The translations under genes and the position numbers were made by a program. A stretch of 64,000 nt of DNA, taken from IMG/VR virus record IMGVR_UViG_3300045731_000049; one strand, given 5' to 3'. The stretch is from an uncultured virus (IMG/VR IMGVR_UViG_3300045731_000049) (taxonomy: Duplodnaviria; Heunggongvirae; Uroviricota; Caudoviricetes). Positions 41,301-50,930 of the stretch are shown one piece after another. Positions within the stretch are counted from its first letter, which is position 1. Each line of letters starts with the position of its first letter. The notes beneath the pieces were generated by a model. That model made no database searches. It saw nothing but the letters and a program-made list of their open reading frames with translations, and was not told where the DNA came from.

Positions 41301-44300
41301 ATCTGCTCTCGCATTGTCACTCGCATGTTCGGAATAACTTCGACTTGTATCGGCTTCGATGTAACCCTGTTGGTGCTATCTGTTACATGGATGTTTGCAG
41401 TCACCTTGATAGGCTCATTAAATTTACCAGATATTACACCAGTTATTGGGTCCAATATGATGCCATAAGCCTGTAGCTCATCTGTATAAAAGCTATAGTC
41501 TCCTACCGCATTCAGAACCAAGGGCATATCCGATACAAATGACATGCCAGCTTTTGTTTGAACACTGTATGTTGTTAACTGGATAGGTAAACCATCTGTG
41601 GTAACAACGAAGTTGATATCCAGAGATGCAGAACCACCCGCTGTGTCCGTTGCAGAAAGAGTTACAGGAAAAACACCAAGTGTAGTAGCTGTACCTGAAA
41701 ACAAACCATTCAGAAACGCAATGCCCGATGGCAGATCACCAGACACACTCCAGGATACGGTTCCGACTGCGTTAGTTGCTTTAGCTGCCTGAGAGAATGT
41801 TCTGCCTGCTATGACGCTTTGTTCAGTGGCATTTGCAATCTCTAAGGGAATTCTCTCAACAACATTCATGGAAATCACGGATGTGGTGAAGGTGTTGTTC
41901 TCCAAACCTTCATCCGTCCCCTTGATCGCAAATGAGGTTACGCCTGTGGTAGTCGGGATACCGGATATACCTCCAGTATTAGCGTTCAAAGACAACCCGT
42001 TTGGGAGAGTTCCGGCCACCTCGAAGAGGACATTACCGATAGCATTCTCGACATTTGGATTCATCGAGAAAGGAGCATGCTGATTGATGACATCAACAGA
42101 TGGGTAGGCAATTATCATGCCTTCTACGATCTTGATCGTAACATAGAACTTTGCAGTTCTTCCGGCTGAATCATTCGCCGTCATAGTTACAACCGCGCTG
42201 CCGACACCTGTTGGACGTCCGGAGAACACACCTGTTTCTGTCGATAAATCCAAACCAAGTGGATTTGATGGCGTTGCGCTATAATTTACCGCTCCAACCG
42301 AACCAGAAACTTTCGGCTCTGTTGACTGGAACCAAGAATTGACGCGACCCGTCGTGGTTACATTATCAACATAGAACGAGCCGTTGGGGATAACAGTGAT
42401 TGAGAACGCATCCGAAGCCCCGGTAAAACCCTCGCTGTCCTTCGCTGAGACCACAATGTTTTCGAAAACACCAGTTGCAATCGGCGTTCCATAGATAGAA
42501 CCGTCCGTGGTGTTGAATTGTAATCCATTCGGCAAGGCACCTGTCAGATTATATTCGACGGCACCAACCGCATTGATCGGCTCCAATGGACGCTTTGGCA
42601 ATCCATATGGTGAATTTTGGCGCAGCGGCTCAGTAAAGTCGTAGGCAACCTTAATTTGTTTACGTTCACCGACTGAAAGTTTTGTGGTTGCAGTAGCCTT
42701 GGTGCCTGATGCATCAATGGCCGTAATCGTTACAGTAGATAAAGCGCCTTCTGTAGTTGGCTGGCCGTATATTTCACCGTTTGTCGCATTGAACGACATG
42801 CCTCCTGGCAAAGAACCAGTCAAAGAGAATGTCACTGCACCAATGGGATCGGTGAGAACCGGAATAATCGAAGCGGCAGACATACGATTGAGTTGATATG
42901 AATTGTCGAGGGTCATAGTCATCGGGTTCGTGAAGGTCAGTCTGATACGCTTATCCGTCTCGCGATCCATACTGTCCTTTGCGACAATCATAACATCGCC
43001 ATTGAACGGTGATGACACGCGTCCCTGCAGAAACCCATCAGCAGTTACCGTTACACCAGCAGGAAGGCTACCTTGCGTTGAAAGTGAAACAGGGTCGGCA
43101 CCGTTTTTTACTTCAATACGAGTTACAAAATCTTTCCCAACAGGCCAAGAAAATCTTGACGTTACAATCTCAATGGCTTCAGCTGGCGTAATGTTGATAT
43201 CAAATGGCTCAGATAAAGCGCTCACTCCTTCAGAGTCTTTTACTTCAATGACAATACCCGAAAACGTTCCTTGTTGCGTTGGGGTACCAATGATTGATCC
43301 ATCCGGCGAAAATGTCATACCTGGCGGCAAAGTGCCACTTTTCAAAGTCCAATTTACAGATCCTGCGGCGCTTACAGCTTTAGCAAGTGGCAAATTTACA
43401 GACGAATAGACTGCAAATGTCGTGCGCAGTAGTTCAATCGAAAGAGGAGCCTTCTCATCCACACGTATCGAGAAATCGTTGGAACGAGCCGTTTCACCCG
43501 AACCATCTGTTAAGGTGATTGCCATAGGCCCAAAATAGCCAAGATCGGTGGCAATTCCTGTGATTGTTCCAATATTCTGGTTAAATACGAGACCAGCAGG
43601 CAATTCACTGCCTGAAAGCGCAAAATTGGCCAATCTTCCTTCGGCTTCGATTATTGTGTCCTTAGGAGCTTCCGCACGGATCATAACTTCAGTCTGCAGA
43701 CGCGTTACGACATTCTCTGATGGTGTCACAGAAACCGACAACGGCGCATATACGTTAATGCCAACTAGGAATGGAGAGGAAACCGTCCCATTCGCATCGG
43801 TCACCACCAATGACACTGTTTTATTCCCTGCTTCAGCTATTTGTCCACTAAGAACGCCAGTGGCATTATCAAGTGTCAAGCCTGATATTTCAGTTTGTCC
43901 GTCGGCGTATGAATAGCTAAAAGGCATACGACCATTCTTCACCGTTGGAACGGGTGTAGAGAATGACTTGTTTGCTCTGACATGAGTTCGTACAACCGCA
44001 ACTTCAAGCGGTTTCTCGGTAACCGTAATTTTGAACTCGTTGGATACAGCTGAGTATCCCGTTGACGTCGAAACTGAAATCTTCAGTCCCTCTGAAACGC
44101 CTGCAATCGTCGGCGTTCCAGAAATCACCCCAGTGTTTTCATCCAGAGAAATTCCGACAGGGAGCGTTCCTGAATCTAAATTCCATGTCGGTGTTCCTGT
44201 TAGTTCTGAAGCAGCCAAAGCGAACGAAGTGAAGGCACCCAAATATAAAGTGCGGTCGGCGACATTGTTCAAATCTAGATTAGGGTCACGAGTAGTAATA

Positions 44301-45211
44301 GTGAAATAGTTGGAATAACCGACAGTGCCATCAGTGTCGTAAGCCACAAATCGAACACGCATAGATGTACTGAAGGTGGCGATGGCTCCATTAATTCTTC
44401 CATTAACCTGATCAACACTCACGCCAGATGGCAAAGGGTCACCTTGAACAGCCCAAGTAATTTTTCCTGCCGTATTACGTGCGCTGGTCGAAATAGAAAA
44501 AACCTGCTTAGGCTCGTAAGTCCTGTTTTCGACAAAGGCGACATCTGGACCAGGATTAACGGTTATCTGCCCATAAACAAACGTAGAATTTGTTCCTGTA
44601 TAGTCTTTACCTTGGAATGCATACGAAAAAATGCCTTCAGTACCAGCTGGAGGCGTTCCTTCTATATTTGGTCCGTTTGCTCTTGCCCATGCGGGAGGAG
44701 CTAATACCGTTTCCCAAGTATATGCATCACCTACAGAGACCAGCAGTTGCTGAAAAAAACGATCAGCGTGTGCGTAAACATTTACCTCTTTTGAAGCTGG
44801 GGTGGCTTCAAAAACTGAAAAGTCAATATTTACCTTTGAAATATCTGCATTATCAGCGGAATATCCATAAATAAGAGCCTTCGTGACACCACGACCCGAT
44901 GCAATACCTTCAATTTGACCAGTGTTTTGATTGATAGATAGTCCGCTTGGCAACGAGCCAGATTTAATTTCCCAACGGGAAGCTGTTTTACCTGGTTTCA
45001 AAGGAATTTGATTTATTGATTGAACGCCGATAAAAGCGATATATGAAGCAGTAATATCATAGTCTTTTTCATCGACAGGTGGCTCAGGATCTATTTTATT
45101 GTAATCAACGTATCCTGTTTTATAGCGAAAAATATAGGATTCGGCGCTAGCAGGTGGTATCACCATAAGAATTGCAAGGACCGCTGAAAGTGCTGATTTA
45201 ATTATTTTCAT
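38363..45211 (-). CDS. giant secreted Ig-like (He_PIG-type) repeat protein, putative adhesin (paralog B)
   Basis: Signal peptide; collinear with paralog A (e.g. SYIFRYK, DGTVGYSNYF, NIHVTDSTNRVTSKPI); five C-terminal Cys-pair modules. Confidence 0.9.
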   Translation of the reverse strand: MKIIKSALSAVLAILMVIPPASAESYIFRYKTGYVDYNKIDPEPPVDEKDYDITASYIAFIGVQSINQIPLKPGKTASRWEIKSGSLPSGLSINQNTGQIEGIASGRGVTKALIYGYSADNADISKVNIDFSVFEATPASKEVNVYAHADRFFQQLLVSVGDAYTWETVLAPPAWARANGPNIEGTPPAGTEGIFSYAFQGKDYTGTNSTFVYGQITVNPGPDVAFVENRTYEPKQVFSISTSARNTAGKITWAVQGDPLPSGVSVDQVNGRINGAIATFSTSMRVRFVAYDTDGTVGYSNYFTITTRDPNLDLNNVADRTLYLGAFTSFALAASELTGTPTWNLDSGTLPVGISLDENTGVISGTPTIAGVSEGLKISVSTSTGYSAVSNEFKITVTEKPLEVAVVRTHVRANKSFSTPVPTVKNGRMPFSYSYADGQTEISGLTLDNATGVLSGQIAEAGNKTVSLVVTDANGTVSSPFLVGINVYAPLSVSVTPSENVVTRLQTEVMIRAEAPKDTIIEAEGRLANFALSGSELPAGLVFNQNIGTITGIATDLGYFGPMAITLTDGSGETARSNDFSIRVDEKAPLSIELLRTTFAVYSSVNLPLAKAVSAAGSVNWTLKSGTLPPGMTFSPDGSIIGTPTQQGTFSGIVIEVKDSEGVSALSEPFDINITPAEAIEIVTSRFSWPVGKDFVTRIEVKNGADPVSLSTQGSLPAGVTVTADGFLQGRVSSPFNGDVMIVAKDSMDRETDKRIRLTFTNPMTMTLDNSYQLNRMSAASIIPVLTDPIGAVTFSLTGSLPGGMSFNATNGEIYGQPTTEGALSTVTITAIDASGTKATATTKLSVGERKQIKVAYDFTEPLRQNSPYGLPKRPLEPINAVGAVEYNLTGALPNGLQFNTTDGSIYGTPIATGVFENIVVSAKDSEGFTGASDAFSITVIPNGSFYVDNVTTTGRVNSWFQSTEPKVSGSVGAVNYSATPSNPLGLDLSTETGVFSGRPTGVGSAVVTMTANDSAGRTAKFYVTIKIVEGMIIAYPSVDVINQHAPFSMNPNVENAIGNVLFEVAGTLPNGLSLNANTGGISGIPTTTGVTSFAIKGTDEGLENNTFTTSVISMNVVERIPLEIANATEQSVIAGRTFSQAAKATNAVGTVSWSVSGDLPSGIAFLNGLFSGTATTLGVFPVTLSATDTAGGSASLDINFVVTTDGLPIQLTTYSVQTKAGMSFVSDMPLVLNAVGDYSFYTDELQAYGIILDPITGVISGKFNEPIKVTANIHVTDSTNRVTSKPIQVEVIPNMRVTMREQINVTASTEMAVVKPTVEYAIGSVKYELVGPALPTGLSFSKTAATVSGTPTALGDFTGYYIEAIDAVGDRQVSNEFAIKVYASGILPTVKTNTTYLWQAGSSRVTLTPSVTAKKIGDVYTINKELPGLVAINPETGEVGGYLSNSDVSRNDGYVITLTDTLGNEAKSNEFSINVRSNPVPAYTIDSVNVRRGVPFQTGPARLTAGIPAGSVTFKGTNFPSYLTMDPQTGAVSGTFPINYNQSSLEPYFAVSDEISSYTNNTVRMDIVRLIASISTPTITGNSGISVTSVTPEVKNSVGPVSFAWEEGSEVPGLNVNSTTGVITGIMPSGTFDGRKVVVKDDTETATFSVNVRGGNPPAIFSFESENLTGVETNQEFTTRPVQVTGIALQSTVNISSQQTRAYSHRICNIDDCSDADWKTGTTSRTDSIQPGQYIQLKRNSSNSAGATESLFVSINGTSSAWSIGTRKSSWEINSVDLGDPRTVEPNSIEYSDVFQLNGFLDNTKIQFVTSQSATGGSPSGSLHYLLCDTLAECNTTEAQTSLGQVWKVANQNVYPDVKPDQYVRLRVTMSLNVYSGTVYVKGGYRNPANGSYLPFTTWSVSTRARSHTPDPVDIGGPLVANPLEWKMSNTIEMKGFLDQTRMRFGLTGTVNARQYQICATREACDNLGEDGWSTASTTSIMVNPGTFMRLRIQAHPNFGSSGSSIIQYDKLFNNGYVELTTFTVSTRDKSVNVDPVSFGPDIDGIELNTYSKAAIVQITGALENPTLRFIKTGGATLSGQYKICQTHEECRLAEEMTSGWASIGSGSKITTVKPNEYIGVRVKTASTTSDSGVFTLSYAVDGTATFDDIGSVTFISRDSQTIIDQLDFGPEVVDAELNVPIESAIATLTGFKDMATMRMTYNSANAVQYKTCDTLAVCEATTGWTAIPNGSDVNVVVSRKFMRLRVTKFTGAGNSAEIVVANKRNGEYVNIGTWKATAGN

Positions 45212-45355
45212 TGAGCTGCCTGATATTTGATTATTATATTTAAATAATAAATAAGCTCATACGTCCACATAAGTCAATAAAAACGCTGATTTTTTCGCCG
45301 TTAGGAACAGTATAAAAATACAAAAAATGCCGAATTTATAGCCAGTTTTTGGACG

Positions 45356-46051
45356 TCATGGTGCAAAACTTCTGCCAACGGTCATGGAGACCAACTCAAT
45401 CTGAGGCTTCATTCTGTCCCATAGTCCAAGAGGTTTGGCGATTTTTCGCAACATTTTCATACCTTCACCCTGGGGGGCTTTCTCAAGATATCTAACCAAT
45501 GTGTCATGAAATGCTTCCGTCTCAATAAATCGTTGGGTACGAATTGATGCTGGAGCTAGGTTCGAATATCGGAACATATCTACGACGGTTCGCTCTGGAG
45601 AAGTCACCTTCACATTCACGCCCTCCACAGAGATGACATCGACGCCAATCTCCATGAACGGTTCTGGCCAACTGAAATAGCGGGCGTCGACATTGGAGGT
45701 CAGCTCTGGAGAACCACCTTTCAGACCTGCTGGAACCGCGATATTGAGCTTGGAGGCCATCCCCTGGGTCATTTGATGAAATGCGGCAGCACTCTCCAAA
45801 CAGAAAACAATAGACGGATTACGAAGCGATGCCCATGCCCAAACAGCGCGCGGGTCCTCAGGCGTGTTACGTTCCACTGGCTGAAACACGCCGCGAGCGA
45901 CACGTTCCAACACGCCTGCTTTGATGAGGCGATTAAGCGCCATTCGATTAACACCCTTGATGCCTAGTTCGGCGCTGGTCATAGGGCGACCAGCTTTTGC
46001 CAACACTTGAAGAGCATTTTGTCCTGAAATTGAGTTCACATCCTCCGGCAT
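45356..46051 (-). CDS. abiEi: AbiEi-family antitoxin / transcriptional regulator
   Basis: N-terminal wHTH (LIKAGVLERVARGVF), CLESAAAFH, VTSPERTVVD. Confidence 0.85.
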   Translation of the reverse strand: MPEDVNSISGQNALQVLAKAGRPMTSAELGIKGVNRMALNRLIKAGVLERVARGVFQPVERNTPEDPRAVWAWASLRNPSIVFCLESAAAFHQMTQGMASKLNIAVPAGLKGGSPELTSNVDARYFSWPEPFMEIGVDVISVEGVNVKVTSPERTVVDMFRYSNLAPASIRTQRFIETEAFHDTLVRYLEKAPQGEGMKMLRKIAKPLGLWDRMKPQIELVSMTVGRSFAP

Positions 46052-46064
46052 TTTCTGGCACCCT

Positions 46065-46191
46065 TGTTACAAACTGTCCATACTAACTGGATCAGTATAG
46101 ACAGTTTGTAACATGGCGGGACGTTGAAGGTCAAGATTGATATGTTACAAACTGTCTATACTGATCGTATTAACACAGACATTTTGTAACA
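46065..46191. repeat. two pairs of 23-bp inverted repeats (23-3-23), predicted AbiEi operators
   Basis: Arms of consensus TGTTACAAACTGTCTATACTGAT at 46065-46087/46091-46113 and 46143-46165/46169-46191. Confidence 0.85.
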
Positions 46192-46249
46192 TCATTTGAA
46201 TACGGTTCGAGACTCAAGTCTCGCTAAATGATAAATTGAACGCAGTTGC

Positions 46250-47161
46250 TTGTATCTAATCTCAAACGAAGGAAACGGCATTTTGGAGAGACGTTTGAAG
46301 TTTGTTCCCTTCATGAAGCCTAAAATGGCAAAGAAGCCGCCAGAAGACGACGAATGGGTTCATGAGATTAAATATGACGGCTATCGCACACAGCTAATAA
46401 TTGAGAACGGTAATGCGCGGGCTTATAGTAGCAGTGGGAATGATTGGACATCAAAATATCGCAACATTTCCGAGCAAGCTGTAACGTTACCATGTAAGAC
46501 AGCAATCATTGATGGTGAAATCATCATCAATGATGCTAACGGAATCTCAAATTTCGGGGCACTTCCGCGTGCTATCAAATGGGAACAAGAAAAGCTGATA
46601 TTTATGGCTTTCGATCTTCTACTTATAAATGGAGAAGACATACGATCTAAGCCGCTCACAAGTAGAAAGGCTGTTCTTCATAAGTTACTATCTGCAGAGA
46701 AACGAGAAATTCTCTATTGCGAACATCTAGTAACGAATGGAAAAGATTTTTTTGAAGCGTGCGAGAGACTCAATCTTGAAGGCATGGTCTCAAAACTCTC
46801 AAGAAGCCGCTACAAAAGTGGTCTTTCGAAAGAATGGCTCAAGATAAAATGTTTCACAGTAGATGAGTACAACGTTATTGGAACGAAAATAACTATAACA
46901 AAAGAGTTGGTTGCTATTCTTCAGTCTAGAACTACATTGAATTACGCTGGCGTTGCGTTCGTAAACCTCAAAAGTAATGAACGAAAACTATTTAGAGATG
47001 CCGTAAAATTGTTACATACATCGTCTCCAACTATAGAATGTCCTAGGGATGGAACGACAAAATGGCTTAAACCAGGTTTAGTCGCAACTGTTAAGCATTT
47101 GCGTGGGGAAGAGAGCCTCCGCCACGCAAGCATTATGAACATAAGGGTCGAACTCACTTAG
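46250..47161 (+). CDS. ATP-dependent DNA ligase (LigD ligase-domain type)
   Basis: HEIKYDGYR, IIDGE, MAFDLL, LEGMVSK, WLKIK motifs; start uncertain. Confidence 0.9.
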   Translation: MYLISNEGNGILERRLKFVPFMKPKMAKKPPEDDEWVHEIKYDGYRTQLIIENGNARAYSSSGNDWTSKYRNISEQAVTLPCKTAIIDGEIIINDANGISNFGALPRAIKWEQEKLIFMAFDLLLINGEDIRSKPLTSRKAVLHKLLSAEKREILYCEHLVTNGKDFFEACERLNLEGMVSKLSRSRYKSGLSKEWLKIKCFTVDEYNVIGTKITITKELVAILQSRTTLNYAGVAFVNLKSNERKLFRDAVKLLHTSSPTIECPRDGTTKWLKPGLVATVKHLRGEESLRHASIMNIRVELT

Positions 47162-47171
47162 GCCAACCACA

Positions 47172-47960
47172 TCAACCTTTGAACTGCGAAGCTCCATTCC
47201 AATCAGACTGCTTATCCTCGGGATTGATATCGAATGGTAACGGCCGTGGGTAGAACTCGAAAGGTGCAGGAAGGGCCGGATTAATCGTATTACCAACGCG
47301 GTCGAACCTCTTTTTCGTGAAGTCCATACGGATGAATGTGCGCTGGCCTTCATGCTCAGGCTTTGCGACTGGAGAACGATGAAGTTGGTAAGCAGTCATC
47401 ATCATGATGTCATATGTCTCAGGAACGAACAGCTCGGCATCGTCAGGAACCTGCTTACCGAGTTCCACAAACCAGTTGTCCTTGGCTTCATCTAAATGCG
47501 TGGCATCTACCGCAACATTGCTAAATTCAGTCGGATTGTTGTCGCTGACCACGTACTGATGACAGACTTCCAGCTTGTCAGGGTATCGAACACCCTGCAT
47601 ACCATCAAAATGCCAGCCGCCATTGCGATGAGTGCGTCCAGCGGTAATCTTCCGCTGATCGACTGTAATATAGACGAAGTGAGTGTCGCGCCAAGACTGC
47701 ATCAGTTTGTCCTCGTAAGCGATGGCCTGATTGATAACACCCATGATCGCGGGATCGCTCTTGTAGACCTCGGGTAGAGATATTTCTCCACCTGGAACGT
47801 AGACCAGCATGTCCAAGCAAGATGGCAGCGCGGTTCCGAAACGATGATTTTCAAGTCGTCCGACTTTGATTGGAAGGCGAGAAATGGAAAAACGGGCACG
47901 CTCGAATTTGTGCGTGATGTCGTCGACTGCAATCTGAATATTTTCCGCTCGTGTCGACAT
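47172..47960 (-). CDS. 2OG-Fe(II) oxygenase-like protein
   Basis: HRNGGWHFDG (HxD), distal LHRSP and RTFIR. Confidence 0.6.
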   Translation of the reverse strand: MSTRAENIQIAVDDITHKFERARFSISRLPIKVGRLENHRFGTALPSCLDMLVYVPGGEISLPEVYKSDPAIMGVINQAIAYEDKLMQSWRDTHFVYITVDQRKITAGRTHRNGGWHFDGMQGVRYPDKLEVCHQYVVSDNNPTEFSNVAVDATHLDEAKDNWFVELGKQVPDDAELFVPETYDIMMMTAYQLHRSPVAKPEHEGQRTFIRMDFTKKRFDRVGNTINPALPAPFEFYPRPLPFDINPEDKQSDWNGASQFKG

Positions 47961-47964
47961 CTTT

Positions 47965-48147
47965 TCAACCTTCGCTTTCAGAAAGATAGGAAGTAATCAT
48001 GTACTCCAAATCCTCGTCTGATAATATGCCTGTAAAGTCTTTTCTCAATTTTTCGACCGTTCTTTGCTTAAATACTGAATTAGACCGCGCCTCTTGCTCT
48101 CTAATATGATCGTCCAAATCGGCATAATAACAATTTTCTGACGGCAT
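47965..48147 (-). CDS. hypothetical protein
   Basis: 60 aa, directly upstream of the oxygenase-like gene. Confidence 0.5.
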   Translation of the reverse strand: MPSENCYYADLDDHIREQEARSNSVFKQRTVEKLRKDFTGILSDEDLEYMITSYLSESEG

Positions 48148-48423
48148 AATATTGGCCCTTTATTTGTCATAAAAAGAATGTGCGATAATATCAACTTATT
48201 GTAAATCACCAATAAGCGGCTAACTTAGTGTTATCCTCGCCTTGCCAACAATTCGGCGCTGAAAAGGGTTGGAGATCGCATCAATTCAAATAATATATTT
48301 ATTTTCTTAAATACAAGGCGTAATTTTGAACGCGCTTTTGTTTTTATAATTTTTTATTTTAAAATGTGGTTTAAACTGGTAAAGAGTTTTGTGGAATTAA
48401 AGCTGACAGGAGACTGCATATAA

Positions 48424-49113
48424 ATGGCTTATGAAAATGTGCGTTCTGTCGAAGGACTCCTCAAAACAATTTTCGATCTCGGTCTAAACCACATGGCTGG
48501 CGTTGATCTCGCCTACCATAATCTCGAACATGTTAGCACAATGTTGAACTCATTTCGCATTCTAGCGAAAGAAAACGCAGTGTTCGAACGTGTCTATGCA
48601 GATCGACGCCTTAATCTTCAGATGCATGTCGCAATTGCTTGGCATGATGCAATCTGCGAAATAGGGGCTCCGAAAGGGCAAAATGAACGTAACAGCGTTG
48701 ATTTGCTCAAGTCACGCATTCCTACGCAAGCCTACGAGCGGTTTCCGGAACTAAGCGATTGGATGTCAGACATCGAAGCACTGATTATGGCAACCGCAGA
48801 GCATTTCACCGACTACACGCCAAAGAATGAAGCTGAAAGCGTGATTATGGACCTAGATGTCCTGAATTTCTCTTGGGATACAGATGCATTCCTGATGGCT
48901 AGCTCTCAAGTAGATCAGGAAGCATGTGAGCGCTATGGAATTGATCGCGCGCGGGCAGGGCGACTTGCTTTCTTCGAGACGATCAAAGATTTTCGTTTCC
49001 ATGTCCTCAACGAGGAACTACAGAACCAAGCGAATTTAAACATCACTTTGATGATTGAGAAACTCCGCGCAGAGGTAGCGCAAAATCACATTAAAGGAAC
49101 CAAAAATGATTGA
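48424..49113 (+). CDS. HD-superfamily metal-dependent phosphohydrolase
   Basis: YHNLEH, AWHDA, NERNS, IMAT..H, DLD. Confidence 0.8.
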   Translation: MAYENVRSVEGLLKTIFDLGLNHMAGVDLAYHNLEHVSTMLNSFRILAKENAVFERVYADRRLNLQMHVAIAWHDAICEIGAPKGQNERNSVDLLKSRIPTQAYERFPELSDWMSDIEALIMATAEHFTDYTPKNEAESVIMDLDVLNFSWDTDAFLMASSQVDQEACERYGIDRARAGRLAFFETIKDFRFHVLNEELQNQANLNITLMIEKLRAEVAQNHIKGTKND

Positions 49114-50146
49114 TGGAACAATTGTATTTTGTTCGGACTCCATTCTTCGCTTCCGTTCTGATTTTGACGAAAAGACAGCATTGCCGATGACGCTTGTGCA
49201 GAAGGTCGTCGAAAAAGGTGAAAGTGATCCTTATTTCCTCCTTCGGTTCTTTGAACATAGTGTTTTTATCGAAAGTGGAACTTCATTAGCAAACATCTTT
49301 TTTGCTATCGAACCATGGAAAGATATGCTGAAGGCATATTTGGGTAATGATGTTGCCGCATATATCGATGAAGCTCGGAAGCCATCTGCTATAACGAATT
49401 CAAATCTTGAATGGATTGGTATCTATCGCAAAACAGATATCCATCGGGCATATGTTCGTGAAGAAATGGGAGAAGATGAAGACATCACTGCCTATTTCAA
49501 CAGAGAACGAACGCCAACTGATCGTTTCAGTATCGAAACCTCTTGCGAAGCCTCTGGTTTCAAACAAGGCGTTAATGAACATTACAGCATTAGCGACGGC
49601 TTGCATGACATTAAAAATCTTCCAGTTATTTTGATCGACAAGGAGGTGACATCTGGCTACCTAGGCAAAGAAAGTTCTCTTTTCGATGCGTCAATCTTAG
49701 GTGTTAATATTGACAAATACGGGTCATTCGTTGTTGGCGAAACTAGTTTCACCCTAAGAGAAATGCTGGAAGCTATTTTCAAGTCTGGGTTATTCTTCTA
49801 TTCCCCTAAGGATGCAATGATTGCACACGAAAATATCAAAGCGACACTTGCAGCCTTTGATTTTGAACAGAATCCTAGTGAAATCACCTCAGTTGACGAA
49901 GTTGTTGATGAAGATGAAGGCGTAGTTGCAACAGAAGAGGCCGCTCAAAGTAATGATGTCCCTAAGAAAATTGTTGTAGCACCCGGTGCTTTCGACTCTT
50001 TGAACAACCACTTCGAACATGAAAACGAACTTTGGACGAAGATCAAAAATAGCGCTAAAGATTTAGATGGGCAGCCAATTCGTATCGGAAACATCACAGA
50101 AGCGAAGCCTCCAGAAGTGCGTATCCATGGGATGGTTTTCGAGTAA
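49106..50146 (+). CDS. acidic hypothetical protein
   Basis: 346 aa, overlaps the HD gene stop. Confidence 0.75.
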   Translation: MIDGTIVFCSDSILRFRSDFDEKTALPMTLVQKVVEKGESDPYFLLRFFEHSVFIESGTSLANIFFAIEPWKDMLKAYLGNDVAAYIDEARKPSAITNSNLEWIGIYRKTDIHRAYVREEMGEDEDITAYFNRERTPTDRFSIETSCEASGFKQGVNEHYSISDGLHDIKNLPVILIDKEVTSGYLGKESSLFDASILGVNIDKYGSFVVGETSFTLREMLEAIFKSGLFFYSPKDAMIAHENIKATLAAFDFEQNPSEITSVDEVVDEDEGVVATEEAAQSNDVPKKIVVAPGAFDSLNNHFEHENELWTKIKNSAKDLDGQPIRIGNITEAKPPEVRIHGMVFE

Positions 50147-50197
50147 CTCGATCAATCGGAAGCAATCGTTACAAAAGAAGAGAAAAACGAGTATTAA

Positions 50198-50482
50198 TTG
50201 ATGTCACAATCTGAACTTTATTACGTAATCAGCAACACGTCATATCACGATAGTCGGCGCTATATTCTTAAAAATATGGGCGCTAATGATTATCGCAAGC
50301 GTCGCGAAGAGCTGAAAGATCGCTCAAATCGCGACCGAATTGTCATCCACAAGATGGGTCCAAATAGCTATCGCTTTCAGATTTATCGTTCGCGCCATGC
50401 ATTCTGGGATGGTGCTCGGACTGGCAAGGGAACGACCGCCGAACAGTGTCTGTATCGCGCATACGCAGAGCTTCTCAAGTAA
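50198..50482 (+). CDS. hypothetical protein
   Basis: 94-aa basic ORF. Confidence 0.55.
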   Translation: MMSQSELYYVISNTSYHDSRRYILKNMGANDYRKRREELKDRSNRDRIVIHKMGPNSYRFQIYRSRHAFWDGARTGKGTTAEQCLYRAYAELLK

Positions 50483-50501
50483 CTCCGCAAAAGAAGAACG
50501 A

Positions 50502-50910
50502 TTAAGCGATGTCCTCTGGTTGCATCGCTTCAATCGACGGCTTATTTCCATGGATATTTGAGATCGCTGTTTTCAGCGTCGGGCCTTCACTCGGCGACGG
50601 ATTGATGTCGAACGCAGGAGATAACCGCCATTTGCCACCAGCGCCCAGCAGGAAGCCGTGGTTGTGAAGATGATCGTCAACGTTCGGGACCAAAACGGAG
50701 AACATCAGGCGTCGATACAACTCCTCGATATCCTGACGTGGTTGTTCTCCGTAGCGCTCGATCTGCATGGCTAGGTCGACATAATTGCCCGCCTCGATTC
50801 CAAAAAGCCCCATGAAGGTCTGCGCACTGATATATGGAACCCGTTCCCCAACAGCGCGGTCGAACCTCTTCACGAGGAGAACTGAGTGAGGACCATTGAT
50901 CCTGACGGTA
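50502..50910 (-). pseudogene. C-terminal fragment of a HipA-family kinase
   Basis: VKRFDR...NVDDHLHNHGF...WRLSPAFDINP; N-terminal half and normal C-terminus missing; GC-richer than surroundings. Confidence 0.75.
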
Positions 50911-50930
50911 TCTCTGCCGAAAAATGAATA

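Noticed and set aside
29928..44874. Many 60-170 aa plus-strand ORFs inside the two giant genes
   Set aside because: Antisense shadows of long Thr/Ser/Gly/Val-rich coding sequences; no RBS or motifs
46065..46191. Possible mini-CRISPR array or iteron origin
   Set aside because: Arms are inverted with 3-bp spacers and match AbiEi operator architecture; no cas or rep gene adjacent
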